From positions 1 through 27,542 of the forward strand of contig NZ_SNUY01000060.1 in the NCBI RefSeq assembly GCF_004376175.1: DNA of 27,542 nucleotides. Reading direction: 5' to 3'. The first letter of the stretch is position 1. Each line of letters opens with the position of its first letter. A program made the translations under genes and the position numbers. This document shows positions 27,351 through 27,542 of this stretch, in pieces. The DNA comes from Halalkalibacterium halodurans (GTDB taxonomy: Bacteria; Bacillota; Bacilli; Bacillales; Bacillaceae_D). The notes beneath the pieces were generated by a model that saw nothing but the letters and a program-made list of their open reading frames with translations, did no database searches and was not told the origin of the DNA.

Positions 27351-27542
27351 CCTCATGATCGGGGACCACTGTATAGAGGGTGAAATCAATCGAAAACGTA
27401 AAACTAAGGTAGTGTCAAAAGTTCTATGAAAAACTAGCACGGTTCATACTACCTACCATTTATTAGGTGGAAATGCCACGCTATCGCTCTTGACAAACAC
27501 ACCAATGGTTTATTCAGAGGTCAATCAAGGGCGAAGGGAACA

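Noticed and set aside
27160-27429. 89-aa ORF in another frame, overlapping the Cys-rich ORF
   Set aside because: There is no SD and no motif. The GTGA-coupled frame is the better candidate, though it is itself uncertain.
27490-27542. TTGACA followed by ...TCAATCAAGGGCGAAGGGAACA at the right edge, reminiscent of the 5' part of a cobalamin-type riboswitch (AGGGAA...GGTG)
   Set aside because: The window ends before any diagnostic element such as the B12 box or pairing partners. No convincing -10 lies at proper spacing. This cannot be supported.

Overview
This window reads as a carbohydrate-utilisation region from a Bacillus-type Firmicute; the species cannot be confirmed without a database search. 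It divides into three blocks.

(1) 1-2600 holds a decayed or atypical acyl-carrier cluster. It contains a ketosynthase-like protein lacking the catalytic Cys, a stand-alone ACP, and a 63-codon FabG-like stub that abuts an Sfp-type phosphopantetheinyl transferase. A frameshifted, truncated PepSY membrane gene follows.

(2) 2865-7877 is a complete sucrose PTS regulon: a LacI-type repressor, EIIBC, fructokinase and a GH32 sucrose-6-P hydrolase. It has a consensus sigma-A promoter and three copies of a GGAACCGGTTCC operator palindrome in the leader.

(3) 8200-27350 is an L-arabinose/arabinan regulon:
- abfA-araM
- a divergent YesL gene
- an SBP plus two-permease ABC operon, followed by a GH43
- a convergent GH27/ArsR-like regulator/GNAT unit
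- araD-araB-araA-abf2
- an autoregulated araR with a small Cys-rich ORF coupled to it

TGTACGTACA-type AraR boxes sit on the abfA, araD and araR promoters.

I found no mobile elements, CRISPR arrays, rRNA/tRNA genes or recognisable defence genes. The observations most worth follow-up are:
- the 313-aa ArsR-wHTH protein with an unassigned ~220-aa C-terminal domain, co-transcribed with the GH27 gene
- the ABC permease split by one in-frame TGA, with an SD-ATG restart just downstream
- the FabG/PPTase deletion junction and the Cys-less KS-like gene
- the triple scr operator
- an exact AT-rich 12-mer recurring in three arabinan-locus intergenic regions
- the unusually high number of interrupted genes

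All homology statements come from by-eye motif recognition, not from searches.
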